From Acidimicrobiia bacterium (GTDB lineage: Bacteria; Actinomycetota; Acidimicrobiia; Spongiisociales; ZC4RG35), in the NCBI GenBank assembly GCA_035620735.1, contig DASPGH010000095.1, positions 3,484 through 67,483 of the forward strand: DNA of 64,000 nt, written 5' to 3'. The position numbers were made by a program, and so were the translations under genes. Below are positions 56,444-64,000 of the stretch, one piece after another; position 1 is the stretch's first letter, and every line of letters starts with the position of its first letter. The notes beneath the pieces are model-generated. The model had not been told where the DNA came from. It saw nothing but the letters and a program-made list of their open reading frames with translations, and searched no databases.

Positions 56444-59050
56444 ATGGCCGATGTCATAGCCTGTGGCGTCGTGGCCAGACTCGACAACGCCATCACAAGT
56501 TTGCGACGCATCAGCCCTCCCCTCGCCGATGCGTTGACCAAGAACCCTGAACTCCTCGACGGCGCCAAGCCCGAAGACAGCGTCAGCAGACGCGTGCTGG
56601 CGACCCTCATCTCGACGGCTCTTGCCGATCTCGAGGGCGCCGGTCTGGAGAAGACCACCGCATCTCTCTCAATGGCCATGGACCGGATCGTCTCCGACTC
56701 GCTCGACGCCGCCATCGACCAGGTTGCCGATCGTCACCCGATCGCTCCCGAGATCGGGTTCTCAGTCATCGCCATGGGAAAGTGGGGTGCTCGCGAGCTC
56801 AACTACTACTCCGATATCGACCTCGTGTTCGTCCATGAGGCCGACGGTCAGGAGGAGGCGGCCGCCCACGCCGCAGCACTGGCAATCGCCAGCCGGCTGT
56901 TGTCCGACCTGTCGGCTCCCACCTTCGACGGTCCGACACTCAACGTCGATGCCGATCTCCGCCCCGAGGGAACGATGGGTCCCCTCTCCCGAAGCCTGAC
57001 CGGTTACGCGGGCTACTACCAGCGTTGGGGTGAGGCGTGGGAGTTGCAGGCATTGCTCAAGGCGAGGGCGGTCGCCGGTGACCCCGAGCTCGGGTCGCGG
57101 TTTCGAGCCCTGGCCGATCGGATCATCTGGGAGGAGGGCCTCGACGTCGATGCCTTGCGCAGCATCCGGGCCCTGAAGTCCCGCGCCGAGGAGGGCGCCA
57201 GCTCCAACGACATCAAGCGATCGCGCGGGGGAATCAGGGACATCGAGTTCTCAGTCCAGATCCTGCAACTGGTCCACGGACGGGTCGATCCAGATCTGCG
57301 GGTTACTTCGACACTCGACGCAATCGCCGCCCTGACCGGGAACGGCTACATCGCCGAGGATGAGTCGAGACGGATGGCGGACGCCTACCGCTTCCTGCGG
57401 GACGTCGAACATCGTCTTCAGCTGCGCAGTCTTCGCCAGACTCACACTCTTCCGAAGGATCAAGAGGGTCGGGAGGTGTTGGGTCGCTCACTGGGGTTCC
57501 AGGTCGACCCCGCTGCCCAGTTCGACGCACGGTTGGCGGAGGTGAGGGAGAACGCCCGTGATCTTCACGAGAGGCTCTACTTCCGACCGATTCTCGACGC
57601 ATTGGTGGGGCTCGAGGACGCCCGTCTCGACCCGGCCGGCGCCGCGGTTCGCCTCGAGGCCCTCGGATTCCGCAATCCGAGAGCGGCCACCCAGGCGGTC
57701 GCGGATTTGATGTCCGGCCTGAGTCGTCGTTCCCGTGTGATGCACCAGGTATTGCCGTTGATGCTCGATTGGCTTTCGCAATCTCCGGATCCCGACCTCG
57801 GCCTGGCCCAGCTCCGTCTGCTACTGGCTCACTCGCCGGACCACTCGGTGCTGATCACGCTCCTCCAGAACAACCCGGTGGTCGGTGAGCGTCTCTGCAC
57901 TCTGCTCGGCACCGGCAGGTTGATCGGGGAGCTCATGGACCGCATCCCCGAATTCATCCCCCGTCTCGCCGACGACACGCTGCTCGCCCACATTCGGTCC
58001 CGCGACGACGCCAGCCGCCGGCTGCTCCAGGTTCTGGAGGCGAGACCGGCGCTGGAGGCGAAGATCGGTACCATCCGCCGGTTCGTTCGTCGTCGCAAAC
58101 TGAGAATCGCGGCTCGGGACGTCCTCGGCCTTGCCCCACCCGAAGCAACCTTGGAGGCCCTGTCCGACAGCGCCGACGCCGCCGTCTCCGGTGCGATGGA
58201 ACTGATTGCGCGACCCGAGGACGTGTTTGGGGTCATCGCCATGGGTCGTTGGGGGGGTCGGGAGCTCTCGTACGGGTCGGACATCGACGTCATGTACATC
58301 CACGGTGACGAGCTCAACCTGAGAGGGATCGAACTCGCCATCGAGTTGGGGAGAGTCCTCTCCGAGCCCAGTCGCCACGGCGACGCTTACAGCATCGACG
58401 CCGACCTGAGACCCGAGGGACGCAAAGGACCCCTCTCCCGCTCCCTTGCCTCGTATCGCCGCTACTACGAGGAGTGGGTGGAGCCATGGGAGCTGCTTGC
58501 CCTGGTCAAGGCGCGTCCGGTTGCCGGCAACCAGAGCCTTCTCGATTCCTACTTCGAGGCGATCGAGCCTGTCGTCTGGCGTGAGACCCTTCCTCGCGAC
58601 ATCGTCACCGCCATCCGCGCCATCAAGGCACGGGTCGAATCCGAGCGCATTCCCGCGGACGAGGACCCGGATTTTCACCTCAAGCTCGGGCCAGGCGGTT
58701 TGAGCGACATCGAGTTCCTGACCCAGTTGCTTCAGCTTCGCCATGGCGGGGCAAATCCCGGGTTGCGGGTGACCGGCACCTTCGCCGCACTGTCTGCTCT
58801 GCGTGATCACGGTCTGCTCACCGCCACGGACTACAACTCCCTGCACGACTCCTACTTGTTCTGCACCAGGGTCAGGCTGCGTCTCCATCTGCAGAGTGGG
58901 CGGCCATCCGATTCGCTCCCCACCGATCAGGAGGCAACTGGAAGGCTTGCCGCCTCTCTCGGGTTCGATCGCACCGGAGAGCTGCGCGAGCAGTACATGC
59001 GTTACACACGTAGGGCGAGACGCACCTTCGAATCGCTCTTTTTCGACTAG
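56444..59050 (+). CDS. glnE: bifunctional glutamine synthetase adenylyltransferase/adenylyl-removing enzyme
   Basis: Two nucleotidyltransferase repeats are present (VIAMGKWGARELNYYSDIDLVFVH and VIAMGRWGGRELSYGSDIDVMYIH), each followed by D.DLRPEG. The real start is ATG 56444. The first 248 codons of the 1116-aa track ORF are antisense to nadE. Confidence 0.9.
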   Translation: MADVIACGVVARLDNAITSLRRISPPLADALTKNPELLDGAKPEDSVSRRVLATLISTALADLEGAGLEKTTASLSMAMDRIVSDSLDAAIDQVADRHPIAPEIGFSVIAMGKWGARELNYYSDIDLVFVHEADGQEEAAAHAAALAIASRLLSDLSAPTFDGPTLNVDADLRPEGTMGPLSRSLTGYAGYYQRWGEAWELQALLKARAVAGDPELGSRFRALADRIIWEEGLDVDALRSIRALKSRAEEGASSNDIKRSRGGIRDIEFSVQILQLVHGRVDPDLRVTSTLDAIAALTGNGYIAEDESRRMADAYRFLRDVEHRLQLRSLRQTHTLPKDQEGREVLGRSLGFQVDPAAQFDARLAEVRENARDLHERLYFRPILDALVGLEDARLDPAGAAVRLEALGFRNPRAATQAVADLMSGLSRRSRVMHQVLPLMLDWLSQSPDPDLGLAQLRLLLAHSPDHSVLITLLQNNPVVGERLCTLLGTGRLIGELMDRIPEFIPRLADDTLLAHIRSRDDASRRLLQVLEARPALEAKIGTIRRFVRRRKLRIAARDVLGLAPPEATLEALSDSADAAVSGAMELIARPEDVFGVIAMGRWGGRELSYGSDIDVMYIHGDELNLRGIELAIELGRVLSEPSRHGDAYSIDADLRPEGRKGPLSRSLASYRRYYEEWVEPWELLALVKARPVAGNQSLLDSYFEAIEPVVWRETLPRDIVTAIRAIKARVESERIPADEDPDFHLKLGPGGLSDIEFLTQLLQLRHGGANPGLRVTGTFAALSALRDHGLLTATDYNSLHDSYLFCTRVRLRLHLQSGRPSDSLPTDQEATGRLAASLGFDRTGELREQYMRYTRRARRTFESLFFD

Positions 59051-59075
59051 GCAGGCTGGGTTAGTCTCCGAGGAC

Positions 59076-60236
59076 ATGCCTGCCCCGGAGGATCTGGCCG
59101 GGCTAGTGGAGGCGGTCGCACCAGACGCAGTCGATTTGCGACGTCGACTCCACGCGGTGCCCGAGCCGGCGCATAACGAAGTCCTGACGACGAACCTCGT
59201 TCGCGCCGCATTGGAAGAAGCAGGGATCGTGTTTCAGGGCCGCGGTGACAGGACCGGTGGTTGGGTGGATATCGGTCCCGACCCCCGCGTGGGATTCCGC
59301 GCCGACCTGGACGCTCTCCCGATACACGAGCCCGAGGACAACGCTCCCCGCTCCGGGCACGAGGGATGGATGCACGCGTGCGGCCACGACGCCCACACCG
59401 CCATTGCGGTTGGCATCGCGCTGGGATTGAACCGTCTCGAGCTCGAGCATGGAGTCAGAGTCATCTTCCAACCCGGCGAAGAGGCAAACCCCGGCGGGGC
59501 GATCGAGCTGGTCTCCGAGGGTGTCGTCGACGACGTGGAAGCATTGCTCGCCTTCCATGTCGACCCGGCACTGCGCGTCGGGCGCATCGGGGCGCGCTCG
59601 GGGCCCATCACCGGCAGCGCCGACAGTCTGACCATCGTCGTCCACGGCCCGGGTGGGCACACCTCCAGACCGCATCGCACAGTCGACCTCGTCGAAGCCG
59701 CCTCTCGGGTGGTCACCGAACTCCCCGTTGCCGTCCGTCGCTCCATCGACGCCCGCACGCCGATCGTCACGGTCTTCGGGTACATCCACGGAGGTGACGC
59801 ACCCAACGTGATCCCCACCGAGGTGACGATCAAGGGGACTGTCCGCACGCTCGACCTGGAGGTCTGGGAGGCTCTCCCCGGAATCATCGAAAAGGCGCTG
59901 GGTTCGATTCTCGACATATCAGGCGCCGGCTACGCCGTCGACTACCACCAGGGCATACCCCCGGTGGTGAACGACGACGACGTCGTCGAGTCTGCCTCGA
60001 GAGCCATCAGCCGGGAGCTGGGGCCCGGGTGTGTCGTGGGCACCGAGCAGTCGATGGGTGGCGAGGACTTCGCCAATTACCTGTCGGTCACACGCGGGGC
60101 ACTCCTCCGTCTGGGAGCGGCGTCCGGCGGTGGCGATCTCCACTCGGCAGGATTCCAGGTCAACGAGGCGGCAATCCCGGTGGGCATCCACGCCGGGCTG
60201 AGCGCCCTCCTGGGTTTGGCTCAGTCCTACGGTTGA
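59076..60236 (+). CDS. M20D-family amidohydrolase (N-acyl-amino acid amidohydrolase type)
   Basis: LRR.LH..PE, HACGHDAHTA, FQPGEE and GGEDF motifs. The start was refined to ATG 59076. Confidence 0.87.
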   Translation: MPAPEDLAGLVEAVAPDAVDLRRRLHAVPEPAHNEVLTTNLVRAALEEAGIVFQGRGDRTGGWVDIGPDPRVGFRADLDALPIHEPEDNAPRSGHEGWMHACGHDAHTAIAVGIALGLNRLELEHGVRVIFQPGEEANPGGAIELVSEGVVDDVEALLAFHVDPALRVGRIGARSGPITGSADSLTIVVHGPGGHTSRPHRTVDLVEAASRVVTELPVAVRRSIDARTPIVTVFGYIHGGDAPNVIPTEVTIKGTVRTLDLEVWEALPGIIEKALGSILDISGAGYAVDYHQGIPPVVNDDDVVESASRAISRELGPGCVVGTEQSMGGEDFANYLSVTRGALLRLGAASGGGDLHSAGFQVNEAAIPVGIHAGLSALLGLAQSYG

Positions 60237-60311
60237 TCGTTCGGTGTTGCTGCCCCCGGGCACGACGTTGCGAAATTCGCTACGCGTTGCCCGCGGGCAT
60301 CGTGGCTGGGA

Positions 60312-61322
60312 TCAGACCCTGCCGACTGCTTCGGCAACCGCCCGTACTTCGTTCATCAGTTGGGCGAACTGATCCGGAAGAAGGGCTTGCGCTCCGTCCA
60401 CCAGGGCGGAGGGCGGATCGTGATGAACGTCAATGAGAAGCCCGTCGGCACCTGCGGCCACCCCCGCCCTGGCCAGTGGGGCTACCAGATCGCTCCTCCC
60501 GGAGGCGTGGGACGGATCGACCATCACCGGGAGATGGGTGAGAGACTTGGCCAACGGCACCGCGGTGAGGTCGAGCATGTTTCGCACCGCGGCGTCGAAG
60601 CTGCGCACACCGCGCTCCACCAGGACGATGTCGGTGTTCCCCTCCCGGTAGACGTACTCAGCAGCGTCGATCCACTCGGCGACGGTGGCGGCGCGTCCCC
60701 GTTTCAAAAGGACCGGCTTCGACGACCGTCCGACCTCTCGAAGCAATGCATGGTTGGACATGTTCCTCGTGCCGATCCGCAGCATGTCGGCGTAGGAAGC
60801 GACGAGATCGACCTCGCGCGGGTCGAGGACCTCGGCAACGACGGGAAGACCTGTCACCTCTCGAGCCTCGGCCAGCATCTCCAACCCGGCCTTGCCCAGC
60901 CCCTGGAAGGAGTACGGCGAGGTTCTCGGTTTGAAGGCGTCACCACGGAGGATGTCTGCCCCGGCGTCACGAACAGCGCGGGCCACGGTCATCAGCTGAT
61001 CTCGGCCCTCCACCGCGCACGGCCCCGCGATGACTGTCGGCTGGCCGGAGCCGATGAGGACCTCCCCGACGCCGACCACGGTGTCGTCGGAGCGGTGCTC
61101 CCGTCCTACGAGACGGCCTCCGGGCACCGTCGATAGGACTCGGTCGACTCCGGGGAACGACTCCCAGGGCGCCTCCTGCTCGAGCCGGGCCTCCACAGAG
61201 CCGCTGACCACGATGCGCCCGTCCCTAACGGACACATTGACTTCGGCCCCTCGTGCACGGAGACGCTCGGCGACTTCGGCGACTTCGGTGTCGGTCGCGT
61301 CTGGAAGCATCACGATGTTCAT
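60312..61322 (-). CDS. 3-deoxy-7-phosphoheptulonate (DAHP) synthase, type I-beta with N-terminal regulatory domain
   Basis: The core matches the KDO8P/DAHP I-beta pattern ([41 protein letters not shown]). It is preceded by an ~80-aa ferredoxin-like/ACT-like domain. Confidence 0.88.
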   Translation of the reverse strand: MNIVMLPDATDTEVAEVAERLRARGAEVNVSVRDGRIVVSGSVEARLEQEAPWESFPGVDRVLSTVPGGRLVGREHRSDDTVVGVGEVLIGSGQPTVIAGPCAVEGRDQLMTVARAVRDAGADILRGDAFKPRTSPYSFQGLGKAGLEMLAEAREVTGLPVVAEVLDPREVDLVASYADMLRIGTRNMSNHALLREVGRSSKPVLLKRGRAATVAEWIDAAEYVYREGNTDIVLVERGVRSFDAAVRNMLDLTAVPLAKSLTHLPVMVDPSHASGRSDLVAPLARAGVAAGADGLLIDVHHDPPSALVDGAQALLPDQFAQLMNEVRAVAEAVGRV

Positions 61323-61389
61323 GTCGGCCCGATCAGGCTAGCCCTGCCCGGGCTCTGCAATTCCTCTCGCAGTTACCATCGTCGAAAGC

Positions 61390-62112
61390 GTGCAGAAGCA
61401 AGAGCGACAACCGAGGGGATACACGCCACACATCGGGGAGACACGTCAGTATTGGCGTGACATCATCCTCGGAGTCAACGACGGCCTGGTTTCGATCTTT
61501 CTTCTCGTCGTCGGTGTCGTCAGCGGTGGACTCGATCGTCAGCAGGCCCTGCTCACCGCAATCGCCGGAGCCATCGCCGGTGCCGTCTCCATGGCCGCCG
61601 GTGAGTATCTGGCGACCAAGTCCCAAGACGAGGTGTTGGAAGCCGAGATCACCCTGGAGCGAACCCACATCGAGAATTTCCGAGACGTCGAGATCGATCA
61701 GCTGCGTGGGTTCTTCGACGAGATGGGTGTGGAACCCGAGCACATCGAAGGTGTCATGGCGGGGTTCGCCGACAACGACGAGGCTCTGCTCAACGCCATG
61801 GCGGCTCTCGAGTTCGGCATCGTCGACTCGGAGCGACGATCTCCCTATAGGGCGATGGTGATGTCGGGTGGTCTCTTTGTTCTCGGATCGATGCCGTCGG
61901 TCGCGCCATTCGCCCTGGCCGGATCTGCAACCGCAGCCCTGGTCTGGGCGACGACTCTCTCACTCGTCGGACTCTTCGCGGTTGGTGTCGTCAAGGCCTA
62001 TGTCGCCAAGACCCATTGGCTTCGCTCCGGCATGGAGAACCTGATCGTCGCCGGGATCGGTGGCGGGGCCGCCTGGGGCATTGGCCGTCTCTTCGAAGCC
62101 ACCGTCTCCTGA
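61390..62112 (+). CDS. VIT1/CCC1-family iron/manganese transporter
   Basis: WRDIILGVNDGLVSIFLLVVGV and GAISMAAGEYLATKSQ are VIT-family motifs; 240 aa. Confidence 0.87.
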   Translation: MQKQERQPRGYTPHIGETRQYWRDIILGVNDGLVSIFLLVVGVVSGGLDRQQALLTAIAGAIAGAVSMAAGEYLATKSQDEVLEAEITLERTHIENFRDVEIDQLRGFFDEMGVEPEHIEGVMAGFADNDEALLNAMAALEFGIVDSERRSPYRAMVMSGGLFVLGSMPSVAPFALAGSATAALVWATTLSLVGLFAVGVVKAYVAKTHWLRSGMENLIVAGIGGGAAWGIGRLFEATVS

Positions 62113-62172
62113 GGGTCAACTGCTGTTCACGAAGTCATAAAACCCGGTTCATCGTGGGGAAACACTCCTGTA

Positions 62173-62213
62173 GCTAACATGCGCTTGCAATTGTTAGCAC
62201 TTAGCTGTATGCT
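62173..62213 (+). promoter_or_regulatory. candidate promoter (TTGCAA-17 nt-TATGCT) and overlapping 7-bp inverted repeat upstream of the XRE gene
   Basis: -35 TTGCAA at 62185..62190 and -10 TATGCT at 62208..62213, with the ATG at 62222. The transcript would therefore be leaderless or nearly so. The inverted repeat gctaaca (62173..62179) / tgttagc (62192..62198) straddles the -35. Confidence 0.45.
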
Positions 62214-62221
62214 TACTAAAG

Positions 62222-62587
62222 ATGAACGAGAGCAAGCACGGAGACCTGGGCGAGTTCATCCGAGCCCAGCGAGAGCGGGCGAACCTCTCCCTAAGACGAC
62301 TGGCTGAGAGCGCGGGTATCTCGAATCCGTATCTCAGCCAGATCGAGCGGGGGATTCGCAAGCCCTCGGCCGAGATTCTGAAGAATCTCTCCCGTGCCCT
62401 CGAGATCTCGTCCAACACCCTGTACCGCAGGGCGGGCCTGATCGACGAGGAGCTGCCCCCGATGTCGGTCTTCGAGGCGATCGAGAACGACGACCGACTC
62501 ACCGGGGAGCACAAGAAGGTGCTGCTCGACATGTACCGGGCGTTGGTCCGGACCGAAGATGAGTCGTCAGAAGAAGAACAGGAGTAG
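62222..62587 (+). CDS. XRE-family helix-turn-helix transcriptional regulator (Rv0474-like)
   Basis: HTH_3 core FIRAQRERANLSLRRLAESAGISNPYLSQIERGIRKPSAEIL. It lies immediately upstream of an HbhA-like gene, as in mycobacteria. Confidence 0.85.
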   Translation: MNESKHGDLGEFIRAQRERANLSLRRLAESAGISNPYLSQIERGIRKPSAEILKNLSRALEISSNTLYRRAGLIDEELPPMSVFEAIENDDRLTGEHKKVLLDMYRALVRTEDESSEEEQE

Positions 62588-62594
62588 ACAAGAC

Positions 62595-63113
62595 ATGCAG
62601 GCAAAGAACGTTCTGTACGCAGCGGTCGGCGCACCCGTCGTAGCCGCTCGCAAGGTGACCGATCAGGTCAACGAGCTCAGGGGCCGGGTCTCAAAGGAGA
62701 CTGCCTCCTACAGCGAAGCCGCCAACAAGGCGATCGACGGCTGGGCCGCCGAGGGCGAGAAGGTCGTCTCCCGCATCAGCGAAGGCAAGGTGGTCGAGGA
62801 GATCTCCCAGAAGGTCGATCTCGATCAGGCCAAGGAGCAAGTCGGCAAGCTGCGCGATCAGCTCGAGGACATGCTCGCCACCTGGCGCAGCTCGTTCCGT
62901 CCCGAGAAGGCTGCTGATGTCGCCAAGGCTCATGCCGACCAGACCGAGCCGGCTGACAAGACAGCCGCCAAGCCGGCCGCCAAGAAGAGCCCGGCCAAGA
63001 GGCCGGCAAACAAGACTTCTGCAGCCAAGACGTCGACCGCCAAGAGCGGTTCGACGGCCTCGGCTGCGAAGACGAGCACAGCGAAGTCGGGGTCCAAGAC
63101 CAAGGCTTCCTGA
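62595..63113 (+). CDS. HbhA-like coiled-coil protein with Lys/Ala/Thr-rich C-terminal repeats
   Basis: An N-terminal hydrophobic stretch (VLYAAVGAPVVAARKV), a central coiled coil and a C-terminal tail AAKPAAKKSPAKRPANKTSAAKTSTAKSG.... This architecture matches heparin-binding hemagglutinin-type proteins. ATG 62595 is preferred over the start at 62559. Confidence 0.6.
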   Translation: MQAKNVLYAAVGAPVVAARKVTDQVNELRGRVSKETASYSEAANKAIDGWAAEGEKVVSRISEGKVVEEISQKVDLDQAKEQVGKLRDQLEDMLATWRSSFRPEKAADVAKAHADQTEPADKTAAKPAAKKSPAKRPANKTSAAKTSTAKSGSTASAAKTSTAKSGSKTKAS

Positions 63114-63130
63114 GCTCACTCCTCCTCACA

Positions 63131-63165
63131 GAAGAAAAGGGGCCCCTCGGGGCCTCTTTTCTTAT
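63131..63165 (+). terminator. intrinsic terminator hairpin (potentially bidirectional)
   Basis: gaagaaaaggggcc-cctcgg-ggcctcttttcttat is a GC stem flanked by an A-run upstream and a T-run downstream. It sits 18 nt after the stop of the HbhA-like gene, facing a convergent gene. Confidence 0.65.
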
Positions 63166-63275
63166 CGATTATGGAGTATGGGCACTTCGTGCCTTGAGGT
63201 ATCAAGTACCGGGACAGCAACGTCGTGGCGTTTGTAACGGTTCTTCATTCCTCATACTTCATACCTGCATACGTT

Positions 63276-63680
63276 CTACTGATTGATCGATGGTTCCAGG
63301 TCGCCGGCGGAATTTATCCAACCTTCCACCATTGCCTCTGTGGGCAGACGATCCACCACCCTCTGCGAGCCGTTCATCCCGATGATCTTGGCCAGCAACG
63401 CCGTGGGGTTGCGACGTCGAAGATCGCGGATGGTGTCGACACCAGCCTCCACGAGGAGCATGGCGTACTCGGCCCCGACACCGCGCACCCGCAGCAGGTC
63501 GGCATGGTGCACCCAGAGCTGTAGGTCTCTGGGGCTGAGCCCGGTGTCTTTCGAGAGCTGTGTCCGGCCCCGCCGGGTTGCAGCACACTCGGCGAGTGCC
63601 TTGGAGGTTCGAATCCCGGCTTTGCGCAATTTCGTCGCCTGCCGGTGATCGATTCCAGCTACTTGATCGATCCGAGCCAT
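63276..63680 (-). CDS. DUF4332-type helix-hairpin-helix protein
   Basis: Repeated HhH-like segments (IDQVAGIDHRQATKLRKAGIRT; LLRVRGVGAEYAMLLVEAGVDT) match what I recall of DUF4332. Confidence 0.65.
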   Translation of the reverse strand: MARIDQVAGIDHRQATKLRKAGIRTSKALAECAATRRGRTQLSKDTGLSPRDLQLWVHHADLLRVRGVGAEYAMLLVEAGVDTIRDLRRRNPTALLAKIIGMNGSQRVVDRLPTEAMVEGWINSAGDLEPSINQ

Positions 63681-63741
63681 CTCACCCTTCTGTCTGCCGA
63701 ACGATCAATGAACGAATATAGACAACGCGACCCATACCGAA

Positions 63742-63990
63742 TCAGGCTGAGTGCCGCGGACGAAGCTCGGCGACATCTGCCTCCGTATCCACGTCCCTCG
63801 GACCGGTGTCGGCGAACCAGACTTCATTGACCCACTCGGGGTGTGCCTGCCACAGACGCCGGGCGCCCTCGTCGCCCTCCAGGGACATGAGTCGCCCCCA
63901 GAGCGAGCGGTCGACAATCACCGGGTTCCCCCAGTTGTACCGGTACTTGGGAAGGGTCACGGGGCGGCCCTCCTTTGCATGAGAGGCCAT
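63742..63990 (-). CDS. hypothetical protein (may start beyond the window)
   Basis: 82-aa ORF. The frame stays open for the remaining 10 nt to the window edge. No family recognised. Confidence 0.35.
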   Translation of the reverse strand: MASHAKEGRPVTLPKYRYNWGNPVIVDRSLWGRLMSLEGDEGARRLWQAHPEWVNEVWFADTGPRDVDTEADVAELRPRHSA

Positions 63991-64000
63991 CAGGATGTCG

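Noticed and set aside
57821-59077. 418-aa minus-strand ORF
   Set aside because: It is antisense to glnE, which has duplicated nucleotidyltransferase motifs. It is a shadow ORF.
62192-62202. CIRCE-like half-site TTAGCACTT upstream of the XRE gene
   Set aside because: The partner half-site in the CIRCE orientation and spacing (N9-GAGTGCTAA) is absent. The local palindrome is gctaaca-N12-tgttagc instead, and the downstream gene is not a chaperone.
62930-63110. Apparent DNA tandem repeat in the 3' part of the HbhA-like gene
   Set aside because: It reflects low-complexity Lys/Ala/Thr/Ser coding repeats (AAKTSTAKSGS occurs twice). It is a protein-level feature, not an independent DNA element.

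Overview
High-GC (by eye roughly 65%) actinobacterial-type chromosome segment. nucS, a whiB-family gene, F420/LLM oxidoreductases and an Rv0474/hbhA-like pair point to Actinomycetota, possibly Acidimicrobiia; this placement is inference only. Most of the window is densely packed housekeeping DNA: rpoB-rpoC, a rimK cluster, fba-nhaA, a Bacillus-style caa3 cytochrome oxidase operon ctaCDEF plus ctaB, penicillin-acylase-family, selD, greA, mgtE, nadE, glnE and a DAHP synthase. Many gene junctions have 4-nt start/stop overlaps using ATG, GTG or TTG starts. I saw no rRNA, tRNA, CRISPR array or recognisable canonical defence system. The one clearly accessory stretch is about 17.2-21.75 kb. There, an intact nucS and a diverged 48-codon nucS 5' stub bracket about 4.3 kb carrying an IS110-family transposase, a stand-alone KOW-domain ORF, membrane ORFs, glyoxalase and SRPBCC genes and a ribbon-helix-helix remnant. 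I read this as a possible gene-targeted integration that replaced the 5' end of the mismatch-repair nuclease gene. Other notable points: selD is a selenoprotein gene, with an in-frame TGA at the catalytic Cys position and a downstream hairpin, which the ORF track truncated. CtaD carries a C-terminal 2-TM extension resembling actinobacterial subunit IV. The hsp20 and XRE genes have near-consensus promoters overlapped by palindromes. There are two small intergenic tandem duplications. Many long ORFs in the track are antisense or out-of-frame shadows typical of high-GC DNA and were rejected. All coordinates of refined starts were checked by hand against the sequence, and no database search was possible.
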